Positions 19,166 through 29,502 of a stretch of 64,000 nucleotides of DNA are shown piece by piece (within the stretch, counting starts at the first letter, position 1; each line of letters opens with the position of its first letter). The stretch is from Candidatus Heimdallarchaeum aukensis (GTDB lineage: Archaea; Asgardarchaeota; Heimdallarchaeia; Heimdallarchaeales; Heimdallarchaeaceae): the NCBI GenBank assembly GCA_021513695.1, contig CP084166.1, forward strand, positions 32,001 through 96,000, in the 5' to 3' direction. The translations under genes and the position numbers were made by a program. Below the pieces are notes generated by a model that was not told where the DNA came from, did no database searches, and saw only the letters and a program-made list of their open reading frames with translations.

Positions 19166-19564
19166 TTATTTCTCCTTTTTTCGTTTTTCTATGATTTGGT
19201 TATAAACCCTTACCAATTCATCCAAAGAGAAAGGTTTTCTTAAGAAGTATTTAATACCTAGTTCATTTACATCTTGTCTTGTTAAAGCTTCATCTGCAGT
19301 TGCAATAATTATTTGATCTTTAAGATCTGGATTTATTTCTATTATTCTCTTTGCAACTTCAATACCGGAAGTTTCAGGAATCCTATTGTCAATCAAAAAT
19401 ACTTTTTCTGAGAGTTCATCTTCTGACTCTTCAATTTTTTCTATTGCTGTTTGACCATTGTATAGTATAGTATCGACTTTTACTCCCTCTCTTTCAAATA
19501 GTAATTTATATAGATTAGTTATATCTCCTTCGTCTTCGATTATTATTAAATCTAACTTCTTCAA
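19166..19564 (-). CDS. Single-domain response regulator (CheY-like receiver)
   Basis: 132-aa ORF: KLDLIIIEDEGD...VFLIDNRIPETSGIEVAKRI...IIIATADEALTRQDVNELGIKYFLRKPF, with acidic pocket, phospho-acceptor Asp (LIDN), T/A and K (RKP) positions. Confidence 0.75.
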   Translation of the reverse strand: MKKLDLIIIEDEGDITNLYKLLFEREGVKVDTILYNGQTAIEKIEESEDELSEKVFLIDNRIPETSGIEVAKRIIEINPDLKDQIIIATADEALTRQDVNELGIKYFLRKPFSLDELVRVYNQIIEKRKKEK

Positions 19565-19727
19565 TAGACCACCAGCTTCTCTAATATCGTATTACCATAA
19601 ATAGGAATATAAGATTTTCCTTTTTTTTTAACCTAATTTTAGAAAATTTAAATTCCTTTATTGATATCTATTGGAGAAAAATTAAATACTAGTTGTTTTA
19701 TTCTTCTTTGAAGTCAAAAAACTATAA

Positions 19728-20999
19728 ATGGGTTTTGCATTGAAACAAAAAAAGATTCCCAGTTTTGTAATTATTCTACTTCTTTTTTCCTCTCTCATCG
19801 TTCTTGATGTTGTACGTCAAGGAAAATTTAGATCAGAGAAAAACGAGATTATTCTACGGATGTTATATACTAGCGAAAAAAAAGCTTGGATAAACACTGT
19901 CACTGTGGATTTTCCTGAGTGGTTTTCTTCTCGGAATCCAGACCTATCTGTTCATCTGGAGTTTGAAGTTTTAGGTACTAGATCCTCTATGATTTCAATT
20001 TTGTCAGGAGAGAGTAAACCTGTTATCTGGAGTCCAGCTTCTAGTGTTTGGGTTCCCCTTCTTGATTGGTCTTGGAAGAAAAAATTTGGTTTTTCTATCA
20101 TTGATGAAGAAAAAGTGAAATCACTTGTTTCTTCTCCTATAATTATTGGTGTTTGGAAGAGTTACGCTGAAAAACATAATTTAACATCATGGTCTGACCT
20201 ATATACTTTATCCTTTAAGGACCTTAAACTTGCACATACTTCTGCACAAGAATCAAATTCTGGTTATATGGCGGTTTTATTGGAAATCGCTGCTGCTAGT
20301 GGAAAACCTCCAAATGAAATAACTTTAGATGATCTAAAAAATTCGACTATCCAAAACTGGTTAAAACAAGTAGAATCTTCTGCAGTGTTATACGGCTCTT
20401 CTACTGGCTTCTTAGCAAAACAAGCTGTTCAGTTAGGTCCTGCAGGAATAAATGTTATGATATTATATGAGAATTTAATAATTGAAACTGCAAAAGATGG
20501 CGAAGCTTATGCAAAATGGAACGATAGTATCATTGCTGTTTATCCTTCTGAAGGAACATTATGGAGCGATCATCCAATTGTATTATTGAATGCTAGTTGG
20601 GTTTCTCCTGAAGAATATTTTGCTGCAACAGAATTTGAAAAATTTTTATTAAGTAAAGAAATACAGAAAAAAGCTATTCCTTTTGGTTTTAGACCTGGAA
20701 ATCAATCAATCATTAATGATATTGATGTGTTAGAGGAAATAAACTCTATCTTTAAAGAAGAGAACGGTGTAAAACCTACACTTTCCATTCCACTTTTTAA
20801 AACACCAACTGATGGAGAAGTTCTTGACAGAATTCCTGATTTATGGCTAAAAACAAGGGCAACATCACTTGAAAGCCCAGAAAATAACACGGATGTTCAA
20901 CTAGGTTTCTCTCCTTATTCAACCTATTTAGTTTTTCTAATCGCTTTTCTACTGTTAATTCCCATAAAAAATCGAAAAAATAGGCGGGTGAAAGACTAG
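19728..20999 (+). CDS. ABC transporter substrate-binding protein with N-terminal anchor and C-terminal TM + basic tail
   Basis: 423-aa ORF preceding the permease and ATPase genes. N-terminal hydrophobic segment (FVIILLLFSSLIVL). Trp-rich binding-protein body. C-terminal FSPYSTYLVFLIAFLLLIPIKNRKNRRVKD anchor, as in many archaeal solute-binding proteins. Confidence 0.65.
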   Translation: MGFALKQKKIPSFVIILLLFSSLIVLDVVRQGKFRSEKNEIILRMLYTSEKKAWINTVTVDFPEWFSSRNPDLSVHLEFEVLGTRSSMISILSGESKPVIWSPASSVWVPLLDWSWKKKFGFSIIDEEKVKSLVSSPIIIGVWKSYAEKHNLTSWSDLYTLSFKDLKLAHTSAQESNSGYMAVLLEIAAASGKPPNEITLDDLKNSTIQNWLKQVESSAVLYGSSTGFLAKQAVQLGPAGINVMILYENLIIETAKDGEAYAKWNDSIIAVYPSEGTLWSDHPIVLLNASWVSPEEYFAATEFEKFLLSKEIQKKAIPFGFRPGNQSIINDIDVLEEINSIFKEENGVKPTLSIPLFKTPTDGEVLDRIPDLWLKTRATSLESPENNTDVQLGFSPYSTYLVFLIAFLLLIPIKNRKNRRVKD

Positions 21000-22717
21000 T
21001 GTTTAAAACTGATAAAGAAAATATTGAACTATTCTTCAGGAAAACAAGGTTAAAGATTGAAACTTTTCTTTCGCGAAATTCAGTCTTGCTAATTGGAAAA
21101 ATAATTACAATTTCTATTTTTATTCTAATAATTATTGGACCTATTTTTTACCTACTATTACAAATTTTCTTACATTGGGGCGAAATTTATTCTAAGGTAT
21201 TTAATGACCCAATTCTAGGGAACGAAGCTTTTCTAATGATGCTTCGTTCAATAGGTTTGTCATTAAAAGTTGCTGGAATTGTTACCTTTTTCGATTTAAT
21301 TGTAGGAATACCAATAGCTTGGGTATTGGCAAGATACAATTTTAAAGGAAAAAAGATTTTGGACACTCTTGTAGATATGCCTATGGCTGTACCAACAAGT
21401 GCGCTCGGTTTTTCTATCTATCTTTTTTGGGGAACAAATAATGGTATATCACGTTTATTAAATTCTAATGTCGGATTAGTTTCTCAAGGAACTCTTTTAA
21501 TTATACTTACTCACATAGCTTTTACATTTCCGTATGTTACGAGATCTATCAAGGGAATAATTGCAGATTTAGACATTAACATAGAGAAAGCTGCAAAAAC
21601 ATTAGGAGCTCCTCCTTTTACAATTGCAAGAATGATTTCTCTTCCTATGGTTAAAGAGTCTTTATTAGCAGGGACTGTTCTGGCCTTTACTCGTTCTTTA
21701 GGAGAAACAGGTGCAACATTAATTGTGAGTGGAGTTTACCAAACAGCTCCTGTTGTAATTGTTAGTTGGATGAAAGGATTAAAGATTCCCACCACTGCTT
21801 TTCTTTCTCTGATCTTAATAATTATCAGTTTACTGTTACTTACTGCTGTTAGGTTATTTGCTCGAAAGGTAGGTCTTCCTTGGAACAAAGTTTTTCCAAG
21901 ATTTGAAAGAAAAATTAGTTCAAAAAAAGTAGCGAGAACTAGAGATAGTTTATCTATTACTCTTTTCTTTATTTTTGTCTTTATACCCGCCCTCTTTGTT
22001 GTTATTTACTTGTTTCAATGGTGGAATAAATCTCCTTTTTCTGGAGACCATGAAGCTGGGATGATTTATCAAGTGTTTCAAGCTCCAGATAAAAAAATTG
22101 ATTCAATAGTTCATGCTTTCGTTACATCAGTAGAAGTAGCATTGATAGTTACAATTGTTAATCTGGTAATTGCTACACCTATGGCTCTACTTATTTCAAA
22201 AACTAAGAATGATAAACTTAAAGGACTTCTTGATACATTGATTGATATCCCTTTAATTATTCCTAGTTCTGCACTTGGTTTTAGCATATTCTTCCTCTGG
22301 GGATCAAATGGTCTGCATCTCCTTTCACCAGGATTTATGATGATTATTGTTTCTCATATCTCTTTCACCTATGCCTATTGTGTCAGACCTCTCGTTGGTG
22401 CTTTTGATGCAATCCCAACAATGTATGATGAAGCTGCTTTCGCCTTTGGTTCATCTAGACTTACAGCTTTTAGGACAGTCACCATGCCTTTCCTAAAAAG
22501 TGGATTAATTGCAGTTTCTATTATGACTTTTACTCGCTCTATGAGTGAAACTGGTGCAACAATAATCGTTCAAGGAGTAGAAAGAACAATCCCTGTTTTG
22601 CTGGTTGATTTCTTTGAAGCTTCTACTTTTCCTGCTGCAGCTTTTGCTGCTTCTTTGTTAATATTGATTTCATTCCTTTCATTGCTTCTGCTTCGATATG
22701 TTTCTAAGGAGAGATAG
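20999..22717 (+). CDS. ABC transporter permease, fused duplicated transmembrane domains (FbpB/ThiP-type architecture)
   Basis: 572-aa ORF with GTG start overlapping the upstream stop. Two ~280-aa halves each carry the EAA-like binding-protein-dependent permease loop (FTRSLGETGATLIVSG and FTRSMSETGATIIVQG). Confidence 0.75.
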   Translation: MFKTDKENIELFFRKTRLKIETFLSRNSVLLIGKIITISIFILIIIGPIFYLLLQIFLHWGEIYSKVFNDPILGNEAFLMMLRSIGLSLKVAGIVTFFDLIVGIPIAWVLARYNFKGKKILDTLVDMPMAVPTSALGFSIYLFWGTNNGISRLLNSNVGLVSQGTLLIILTHIAFTFPYVTRSIKGIIADLDINIEKAAKTLGAPPFTIARMISLPMVKESLLAGTVLAFTRSLGETGATLIVSGVYQTAPVVIVSWMKGLKIPTTAFLSLILIIISLLLLTAVRLFARKVGLPWNKVFPRFERKISSKKVARTRDSLSITLFFIFVFIPALFVVIYLFQWWNKSPFSGDHEAGMIYQVFQAPDKKIDSIVHAFVTSVEVALIVTIVNLVIATPMALLISKTKNDKLKGLLDTLIDIPLIIPSSALGFSIFFLWGSNGLHLLSPGFMMIIVSHISFTYAYCVRPLVGAFDAIPTMYDEAAFAFGSSRLTAFRTVTMPFLKSGLIAVSIMTFTRSMSETGATIIVQGVERTIPVLLVDFFEASTFPAAAFAASLLILISFLSLLLLRYVSKER

Positions 22718-22720
22718 ATA

Positions 22721-23821
22721 ATGACAGAGATACAATTTAAACATGTGACAAAAATTTTTGGAAGAAAAGTAGAAGCAGTTAAGGATTTATCTTTCATCAT
22801 AGAAGATGGAGAATATGTTTCGCTCATTGGACCTTCAGGTTGTGGGAAAACAACTACTCTTCGTCTTCTGGCTGGAACAGTTTTACCAACAAGAGGAAAG
22901 ATTTTCTTTGACAATAGAGAAGTAGAGAATCTTCCAATTCAAGAAAGGAATCTAGGGTTTGTTTTCCAACATTTTGCTATTTTTCCTCATATGAATGTAT
23001 GGGAAAATATAGCTTATGGTCCAACTGTAAAAGGAAAGAAAAAAAGTGAAATTGAAGAGTTAGTAGAACATTCTCTCTCTTCTGTTCAGATGAAAGAAAG
23101 AGCAGAATCTTTTCCTTCTGAATTGTCAGCACCAGAACTACAAAAAGTAGCTTTAGCAAGAGTAATAGCTGCTGAAGCAAAAATACTTCTCTTAGATGAA
23201 CCTTTAGGAGCATTAGATCAAAAAATAAGAGAAGAATTTCAATTTTTCTTACGTGATTTTGTTAAAAAGCAAGGCCTTACAGCGATACATGTTACACATG
23301 ATCAAGCAGAAGCTCTTTCAATCAGTGATAAAGTAATAGTGTTGAATAAAGGCCAATTAGTTCAGATGGGTACTCCTGATGATCTGATATTTTCTCCAAC
23401 AAACTTGTTTACTTCATTTTTTGTTGGAGAAAGCGATTTTATTGAAGGATATGTCCTTGACGATTCTTCTCGGTTTTCAAAAGTCAGAGTAGGTTTAGAA
23501 AGTATAAATGTACAAAATGCTGGAATACATAAGGGAGAACATGTAGTTATAGCAATTAGAAGAGAGTTCTTCGATGTTAGAAAAGCAGATCAAAATAATG
23601 AGAACTTTTTAACTGGAAAAGTAATTAGTGACCAATTTTTGGGACTGTTTCGAAGAGTCAAAGTTTTATTAAAAAATCAGCAGATAATTGAAGCTAAAAT
23701 TCATGCTAAAAGTCCTTTAAAATTTGAAGAAAATGAAACAGTTCATGTTATTATAGACCCAGCTAGAACTAGATGCTTTGAATTTCCGAAAGAAGGAATA
23801 AAAAAATCATTGGAGATGTAA
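22721..23821 (+). CDS. ABC transporter ATP-binding protein with C-terminal TOBE-like regulatory domain
   Basis: 366-aa ORF. Walker A GPSGCGKTT. Q-loop and signature region LSAPELQKVALARV. Walker B ILLLDEPLGALD. H-loop HVTHDQ. About 120-aa C-terminal extension. Confidence 0.85.
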   Translation: MTEIQFKHVTKIFGRKVEAVKDLSFIIEDGEYVSLIGPSGCGKTTTLRLLAGTVLPTRGKIFFDNREVENLPIQERNLGFVFQHFAIFPHMNVWENIAYGPTVKGKKKSEIEELVEHSLSSVQMKERAESFPSELSAPELQKVALARVIAAEAKILLLDEPLGALDQKIREEFQFFLRDFVKKQGLTAIHVTHDQAEALSISDKVIVLNKGQLVQMGTPDDLIFSPTNLFTSFFVGESDFIEGYVLDDSSRFSKVRVGLESINVQNAGIHKGEHVVIAIRREFFDVRKADQNNENFLTGKVISDQFLGLFRRVKVLLKNQQIIEAKIHAKSPLKFEENETVHVIIDPARTRCFEFPKEGIKKSLEM

Positions 23822-23824
23822 GAA

Positions 23825-24979
23825 ATGGTTTCTGTGCGAATGGAGAACGTTACTAAAAAATACGGAAAAGTTATTGGCATCAAAGATTTATCTCTGTCTA
23901 TAAATGATGGAGAATATGTTGCCATATTAGGCCCAACTGGAGCTGGGAAAACTACAACAATGTATATTCTTGCAGGATTAATTTCTCCTTCATCAGGGAA
24001 GGTTTTTTTTGATGATGTTGATGTTACGGATGTTCCTGCTGAAGATAGACAAATTGGTTTTGTTTTTGAAGAATATAATCTCTTCCCAAGAATGAACGTG
24101 GAGAAAAATATTTTATTTGGTCCAATTGTAAAAAATCTAGATCTTTCGGTATCAAGAAAGGTTGCACTTGAATTGTTGGACTTGTTAAATATTAAAGGAA
24201 AAGAAAAGAATTATCCTAATGAAATTAGTGGAGGACAAAAACAACGTGTAGCACTAGCTCGAGCAATAGTTTCAAATGCTAAACTATTAATTATGGACGA
24301 CCCTTTACGAGCTTTAGATGCAAAAATAAGAGATATTTTACAAGTTGAACTTAGAAAGTTAGTTAAGGATCTTGGTTTAACTTGTATTCACGCTACTCAT
24401 GATACTCATGAAGCCATGAGAGTTGCTGACCGTATTCTTGTTTTTAAGGATGGGCAAATAGTTCAAGATGGAACACCCGAGGAGATCTACAATAATCCAA
24501 ATTCCATTTATGTTGCAGATTTTCTTGGAGAAAATGTTTCATTTCGAGGAGAAATCTTTGAAGAGAAAGAAGAGAGATATCTTTTAACAGAAAACAACCT
24601 AAAATTAAAAGTTCAAACAAATTATCTCACTGGAACAAAAGTTGTAGCTTTAGTTCCTTTAGAGCTTATAGATGTATATCCTAAAGAAGAATCAAATAGT
24701 TTAAACTACGATAATATCATTTCTGGTAAATTAATTAAATCAAAACTAATAGGTGAATTTTTTGAATTAATTCTTGAAATTTCAGGAATGAAAATAAAAG
24801 CTTATGAGTTAATTGGAAAGAAAAACATTCCAACAACTCCTAATTCAGATATTGTAATTGCTATGGATAAAGATGATTTCAGAATTTTTGAATTAGAAAA
24901 TGAAAAAGTAATAAATAATGAAAAAAGTATAGAGAGTGAAGAAGATGAATCAAAAAGAACTAAAAAGCTGGTTGAGTAG
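23825..24979 (+). CDS. ABC transporter ATP-binding protein (second, divergent paralogue) with C-terminal extension
   Basis: 384-aa ORF. Walker A GPTGAGKTT. Signature ISGGQKQRVALARA. Walker B LLIMDDPLRALD. H-loop HATHD. Confidence 0.85.
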   Translation: MVSVRMENVTKKYGKVIGIKDLSLSINDGEYVAILGPTGAGKTTTMYILAGLISPSSGKVFFDDVDVTDVPAEDRQIGFVFEEYNLFPRMNVEKNILFGPIVKNLDLSVSRKVALELLDLLNIKGKEKNYPNEISGGQKQRVALARAIVSNAKLLIMDDPLRALDAKIRDILQVELRKLVKDLGLTCIHATHDTHEAMRVADRILVFKDGQIVQDGTPEEIYNNPNSIYVADFLGENVSFRGEIFEEKEERYLLTENNLKLKVQTNYLTGTKVVALVPLELIDVYPKEESNSLNYDNIISGKLIKSKLIGEFFELILEISGMKIKAYELIGKKNIPTTPNSDIVIAMDKDDFRIFELENEKVINNEKSIESEEDESKRTKKLVE

Positions 24980-25613
24980 AAGAAGAGAATCAAGGATTTT
25001 AGATAGAATTCGTGAGCATTTAGTTCATGTAAATAATACAATTCTAAAAGCTATGGATTTCTTTCAATTTTGGTTAAAAAAAGACGAATCTGCAGCTACT
25101 CACATTTTTGATTTAATACACCAAGAGGAAAAAACAGCAGATGCTATTGAAGCAGAAATAGTTCAAATGCTTTCAGAAGGAGAAACTCCTGATTATGTAC
25201 GAACAGATTTGCTAAACTTTATTCGTTTGGCAGATAAAGCAGCTGGTGGAATAAAGAGAGGATGTGATAATTTGCTATTGATTATTAACCATACTTACCC
25301 TGAAACTATTCAAAATGTTATAAAAGAAATCTTTGATAAGTTAACTAAAGAATCTGTTAGCTTTTTCGAAGCATTTGATAACATGTTTAAACTTTCTAAA
25401 GAGCAGCTTAAAGATAAAATAACTGAAGTAGACTTGATGGAATCAGAAATAGATAAGTTATACAAACAAATGAAATATGAAATAGCATACTCCACAGAAA
25501 ATGTTCCTGCAGGAGCATTAATAATTCTAGATCATGCTATTAGAGATATAGAGGAAGTATCAGACCTGTTAGAAGATTGTGCTGACTTAATTAGAAGTAT
25601 AGCGATACTTTAG
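24936..25613 (+). CDS. DUF47 / PhoU-like phosphate-transport-regulator family protein
   Basis: 225-aa ORF overlapping the 3' end of the ATPase gene. Two helical repeats with pattern E...D.IE..I...L (HQEEKTADAIEAEIVQML and LMESEIDKLYKQMKYEIAY), typical of the TIGR00153/DUF47 PhoU-like fold. Confidence 0.6.
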   Translation: MKKMNQKELKSWLSRRRESRILDRIREHLVHVNNTILKAMDFFQFWLKKDESAATHIFDLIHQEEKTADAIEAEIVQMLSEGETPDYVRTDLLNFIRLADKAAGGIKRGCDNLLLIINHTYPETIQNVIKEIFDKLTKESVSFFEAFDNMFKLSKEQLKDKITEVDLMESEIDKLYKQMKYEIAYSTENVPAGALIILDHAIRDIEEVSDLLEDCADLIRSIAIL

Positions 25614-25710
25614 GCAAAAGCTTTTTTTCTTTTCTTATTTCTTCTCTGCTTCTTTAATAAATAATGTTTAAATCTGATTAATTAATTTTGAATATAAGTA
25701 GGTGAAACTT

Positions 25711-26022
25711 ATGTTTGATGATGAGCATGAAGCTGTGAACTTCAGATATGATGTACAATGTATGATAAAAGGAGAAAATCTCTCTCGAAAAGATAAGAAT
25801 CTAATAAGAGACAGAATAATGAAAGAATGCGTAGGAGATTGTCTTTTAGTAATAGGAATGCCAGGTCATATTAAAGTTCATTTCCATACAGATCAACCAG
25901 AAGAACTTTTTAAGATTCTAGAAGAATATGGAACTTTTGAAATGAAAGCAATTGAAGATATGAAAGAACAATATGAAGCTTTTAAAGCAAAGAAACAACA
26001 AGAAAAAAAAGAAAAAAGCTGA
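25711..26022 (+). CDS. Hypothetical protein
   Basis: About 103-aa ORF. ATG at 25711 is preceded by AGGTGA 5 nt upstream; the ORF track begins at GTG 25702. K/E-rich tail. No recognisable domain. Confidence 0.4.
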   Translation: MFDDEHEAVNFRYDVQCMIKGENLSRKDKNLIRDRIMKECVGDCLLVIGMPGHIKVHFHTDQPEELFKILEEYGTFEMKAIEDMKEQYEAFKAKKQQEKKEKS

Positions 26023-26202
26023 ATATTGATAGTATTTCCTTTTTTTATTGAAATTGTTTAATTTTTTTATTAACAATTGTTTTTTTTTAATCAATATTTA
26101 ATTATCAATTTTCTAACTGTTTAACCCTATAATACTATTCTACAATTAAATATAAAAATAAGAAAAGAATATTGTTATTAAGAGGTTACTGGAGGCAACT
26201 AT

Positions 26203-28710
26203 GTGAAAAAAGTTAATTTAGCGAGACAATGGGTGTTGTCAACAATTTTGACTGTTTCTTTTTCACTCTTTATAATAATGGGTTCAAACACTTTAATTTT
26301 AGAGACACGAATTCAAGGATTGACTCAATCTACTTTTGATAAATATCTCGAATCAAAAATTGAAAGCATGGAGCTCTCCAGTTATCAATTTGCATCTTCA
26401 ATAGATTCACTCTTTGAAGGATATATAGTCTCTCTGAATAACACAGCAAAGTATATTTCTCATCAACTTTACTCTAATGAATCACTGGAAATTTATGAAA
26501 AAAACTATTTAGAATTCACAAATAGTGATGAAACCCTATATCTAAATGGTTTAATAAATGCTAGTGTAAGGCGAGAAGAAAAAATTGGTTACTTAGACTT
26601 CTATAATGATGGAACAAACATTATGGATACTCCAGGATTAGTTATCACTGGAAAAATTAAAAATACAATCTCAATACAAGGAATTATAACAGTTCAAACA
26701 AATGCTTCATTATCTGGAGAACTTGCATTAAATTCTTCTTTGCTTCTTTTTTACTCTGAACCTAATTCTAGTTTGTTCTCTGTTGATATTTCAGATTTAT
26801 TTCAAAGTTATTTCAACAACTCATTTAATGTTACTCTTCTTGGTTCATGGAATGAAGATCCAAATTTGATTCCTCAAGTAATAAAGTCTAGGATTAATTT
26901 TACAGAGTTTAGTTTCTTTAAAGAGTATTATGTTTTAAATTCGCCTAAAATGTCAAATATTACCTTAACAAAAGAATTAGAAATCTCAAAAATTGATGGC
27001 TGTATTGAGGGTTATATCTTAGGGCAGTATAAAGGTATATTAAAAGGAAACATTAATGGAGTTTTAAGTGGTTCAATTGATTTGCGTCCTAAATATATTT
27101 ATCAACATTTTCCTTCTCTACGTCAATCTTTTTTGCAATGGGTTTATTATGCAACACCAAATTATTTTATCATTTATCCATATTATCCTAACTATTTTGA
27201 CCCTGAGCATTTATTAGCTTTAACTATCGAATTTAATTGGTTAAAAAGACCTTGGTATAATGAAATATTGGCTCAAGAAATAAATGAAACAAGAAAGGGC
27301 GTAAAAGCACATTTTTCTAGTTTAGGAGTAGACTATGTGTTAAAAAATTTATTTATTAGTCTAGGGCAAGCAATTTATAATTCCACAGATTACCAAGGCC
27401 TTTTAGTACAAGATTTCAATTTAGATTTTTTGAAAAATGCTTTAGAACTTAGGATCACTCAAGAAGATTTTAATTGGCTTGTAGACAATTCAGGAAATAT
27501 TCTTTATTCTCCTGAATACTTTGAAAAAGAGAATGTATTCATTTTAACTCCCTATCCTACTTCTAATGTTTTTAAATTAAACAACAGTGCTCTCTCTAAT
27601 TCATTTCTAGCTGCTAAAGCAGGTGAATTGTCTCATATTGAGTTAACCTTCAACGAAACATCATACTTAGTTTTTTATAGAGAACTTGCTTCGCCAGATT
27701 GGTGGATGATTCACTTTTCACCCGTGGATTTAATTCTTGAAGAAATACAACCATTAATTAATGAAATGGAGAAAAACTTCAGAAATGTAGAAGTTATGCT
27801 CTTAGTTACATTGTTTGTTATACTATCTATTGTTGGGAGTATTGAAATATTCTTGACTAGAAATTATACAAAAAACTTAACTAAACTTAGAAACGCTATA
27901 GATCGGGTTTCTAGTGGAGATTATAGCGTTTCTTTTGACTTTAATAGAGAAAAATTAAATGAAATTACTGAAGTATTCTTCCTATTTGAAGAAATGGCTA
28001 TCAAATTAAACGATTCAATTGAAAAAGAAAAACAATCGACAATTTTAGCAAACCTTGCTCTTGACTTGTTTATTCATGATATAGGCAATTATTTGCATGC
28101 TCTAAATGGTTATTTGGAATTAGTTTCATTAAGGTCGGAAACTGAAGAAATGAAATCTCTTCTAGAGAAAATACGAAGAGTATTAGAAAAGACTGAACGG
28201 TTAAGGGATAGAATAATTGTTCTCCGTTCTTTAAGCAGTAAAAAAATGACTTATGCAAAAGTGAATCTAAAACAACAAATAGTAAAAGCACTAGAAAACG
28301 TAAAAATCTTTTATCCACAATTCATGATAGATTATGTTCAGCTTTTTGAAGATGATTTTTCAATTTATGTTTGTAATTACTTCACTGATTTACTAGAAAA
28401 CATATTTGAATTCTTTGTAAAACAATCTCAAACTAAAAAAGTTTCACTTCAGATAGATGCAATAGAAAAAGAAAAACATCTAGAATTAATAATTGAAGGA
28501 AAAGGAAAAGGTTTAAGCTATAGCAGAAAAATTCAGATACAAGAAGAGTTAGCTACAGGTAGAAGACTTTCTGATTTTAATTTAATTACAGCATATATGA
28601 TTGTTAAAAGATCTGGCGGAAGTATGGTTATTGAGGATATGGTTGAAGGAAAACCAGAAGAAGGTTCTAAGCTAATTCTTAAATTACCTAAAAATACACA
28701 GAAAATATGA
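26203..28710 (+). CDS. Sensor histidine kinase with large (~500 aa) extracytoplasmic sensor domain
   Basis: 835-aa ORF. GTG start 7 nt after GGAGG. TM1 (VLSTILTVSFSLFIIMG), then a long N-glycosylation-sequon-rich extracellular region, then TM2 (MLLVTLFVILSIVGSIEIFL). HAMP-like linker. H-box LFIHDIGNYLHALNGYLELV. C-terminal HATPase_c-like region (IIEGKGKGLSY, VKRSGGSMVIED). Confidence 0.8.
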   Translation: MKKVNLARQWVLSTILTVSFSLFIIMGSNTLILETRIQGLTQSTFDKYLESKIESMELSSYQFASSIDSLFEGYIVSLNNTAKYISHQLYSNESLEIYEKNYLEFTNSDETLYLNGLINASVRREEKIGYLDFYNDGTNIMDTPGLVITGKIKNTISIQGIITVQTNASLSGELALNSSLLLFYSEPNSSLFSVDISDLFQSYFNNSFNVTLLGSWNEDPNLIPQVIKSRINFTEFSFFKEYYVLNSPKMSNITLTKELEISKIDGCIEGYILGQYKGILKGNINGVLSGSIDLRPKYIYQHFPSLRQSFLQWVYYATPNYFIIYPYYPNYFDPEHLLALTIEFNWLKRPWYNEILAQEINETRKGVKAHFSSLGVDYVLKNLFISLGQAIYNSTDYQGLLVQDFNLDFLKNALELRITQEDFNWLVDNSGNILYSPEYFEKENVFILTPYPTSNVFKLNNSALSNSFLAAKAGELSHIELTFNETSYLVFYRELASPDWWMIHFSPVDLILEEIQPLINEMEKNFRNVEVMLLVTLFVILSIVGSIEIFLTRNYTKNLTKLRNAIDRVSSGDYSVSFDFNREKLNEITEVFFLFEEMAIKLNDSIEKEKQSTILANLALDLFIHDIGNYLHALNGYLELVSLRSETEEMKSLLEKIRRVLEKTERLRDRIIVLRSLSSKKMTYAKVNLKQQIVKALENVKIFYPQFMIDYVQLFEDDFSIYVCNYFTDLLENIFEFFVKQSQTKKVSLQIDAIEKEKHLELIIEGKGKGLSYSRKIQIQEELATGRRLSDFNLITAYMIVKRSGGSMVIEDMVEGKPEEGSKLILKLPKNTQKI

Positions 28711-29495
28711 AAAAACTAGCGATAATAGGCCTTGGTTTTATTGGAGAAACTGTAATTGATGCAATAATTAGTCAGAAAATTGATTTTGAAATACAAGCTA
28801 TTTATGATATAAATGAAAAAGTGCTAAAAAAAGTACAAAGACACTTAAAAAATGTAAGAATAATGAAAAACTTAACTGATTTTTCTGATTGTGATGTAGT
28901 AATAGAATGCGCGGTTCAATCAGTTGTTGAAGAAATATTTGATAAAGTATTGGAAGATAATATCTATTTTATACCAATGAGTATTGGTGCATTTGTAACA
29001 AATGAATCTCTTTACTTGAAGTATCAAAATTTGGATGAAGAGAAGAAAAAACTTATTCTTCTTCCTTCTGGGGCAATAGGGGGTTTTGATAGCATTGATG
29101 CAATCGCTTTGGAAGGATTAAACAGTGTTTTGTTAGAAACAAGAAAACCCTATCATGTTTTCGAAAAAAGTGCATATGCAATAAAAAATGGTATTAAATT
29201 AGATAAAAATAAAGAGACAATAATTTTTGAAGGAAACGCAAAAGAAGCAGCGAAAGAATTTCCACGTAGTATAAATGTCGCAGCTAGACTCTCGTTAGCT
29301 ACACTCGGGAGAGAAAAAACAAGAGTAAGAATTCTTTCAGATCCTTTAATTAATCAAAACATTCATCGAGTTTTTATTGAATCAAATGTTGGTTTATATG
29401 AATTCACATTTAAAAATAAACCTTCTCCTTCCAATCCAAAAACTTCTTGGTTAGCTGCTCTTTCTCTTATATCATTTTTGAAAAAGATTCAGTAA
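28707..29495 (+). CDS. nadX: L-aspartate dehydrogenase (NadX-like)
   Basis: 262-aa ORF. N-terminal Rossmann fold MKKLAIIGLGFIGETV. C-terminal DUF108-like half with the conserved PSGAIGGFD and NVAARLSLA motifs. ATGA overlap with the upstream kinase gene. Sits in the NAD biosynthesis neighbourhood. Confidence 0.75.
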   Translation: MKKLAIIGLGFIGETVIDAIISQKIDFEIQAIYDINEKVLKKVQRHLKNVRIMKNLTDFSDCDVVIECAVQSVVEEIFDKVLEDNIYFIPMSIGAFVTNESLYLKYQNLDEEKKKLILLPSGAIGGFDSIDAIALEGLNSVLLETRKPYHVFEKSAYAIKNGIKLDKNKETIIFEGNAKEAAKEFPRSINVAARLSLATLGREKTRVRILSDPLINQNIHRVFIESNVGLYEFTFKNKPSPSNPKTSWLAALSLISFLKKIQ

Positions 29496-29502
29496 TTTTA
29501 AA

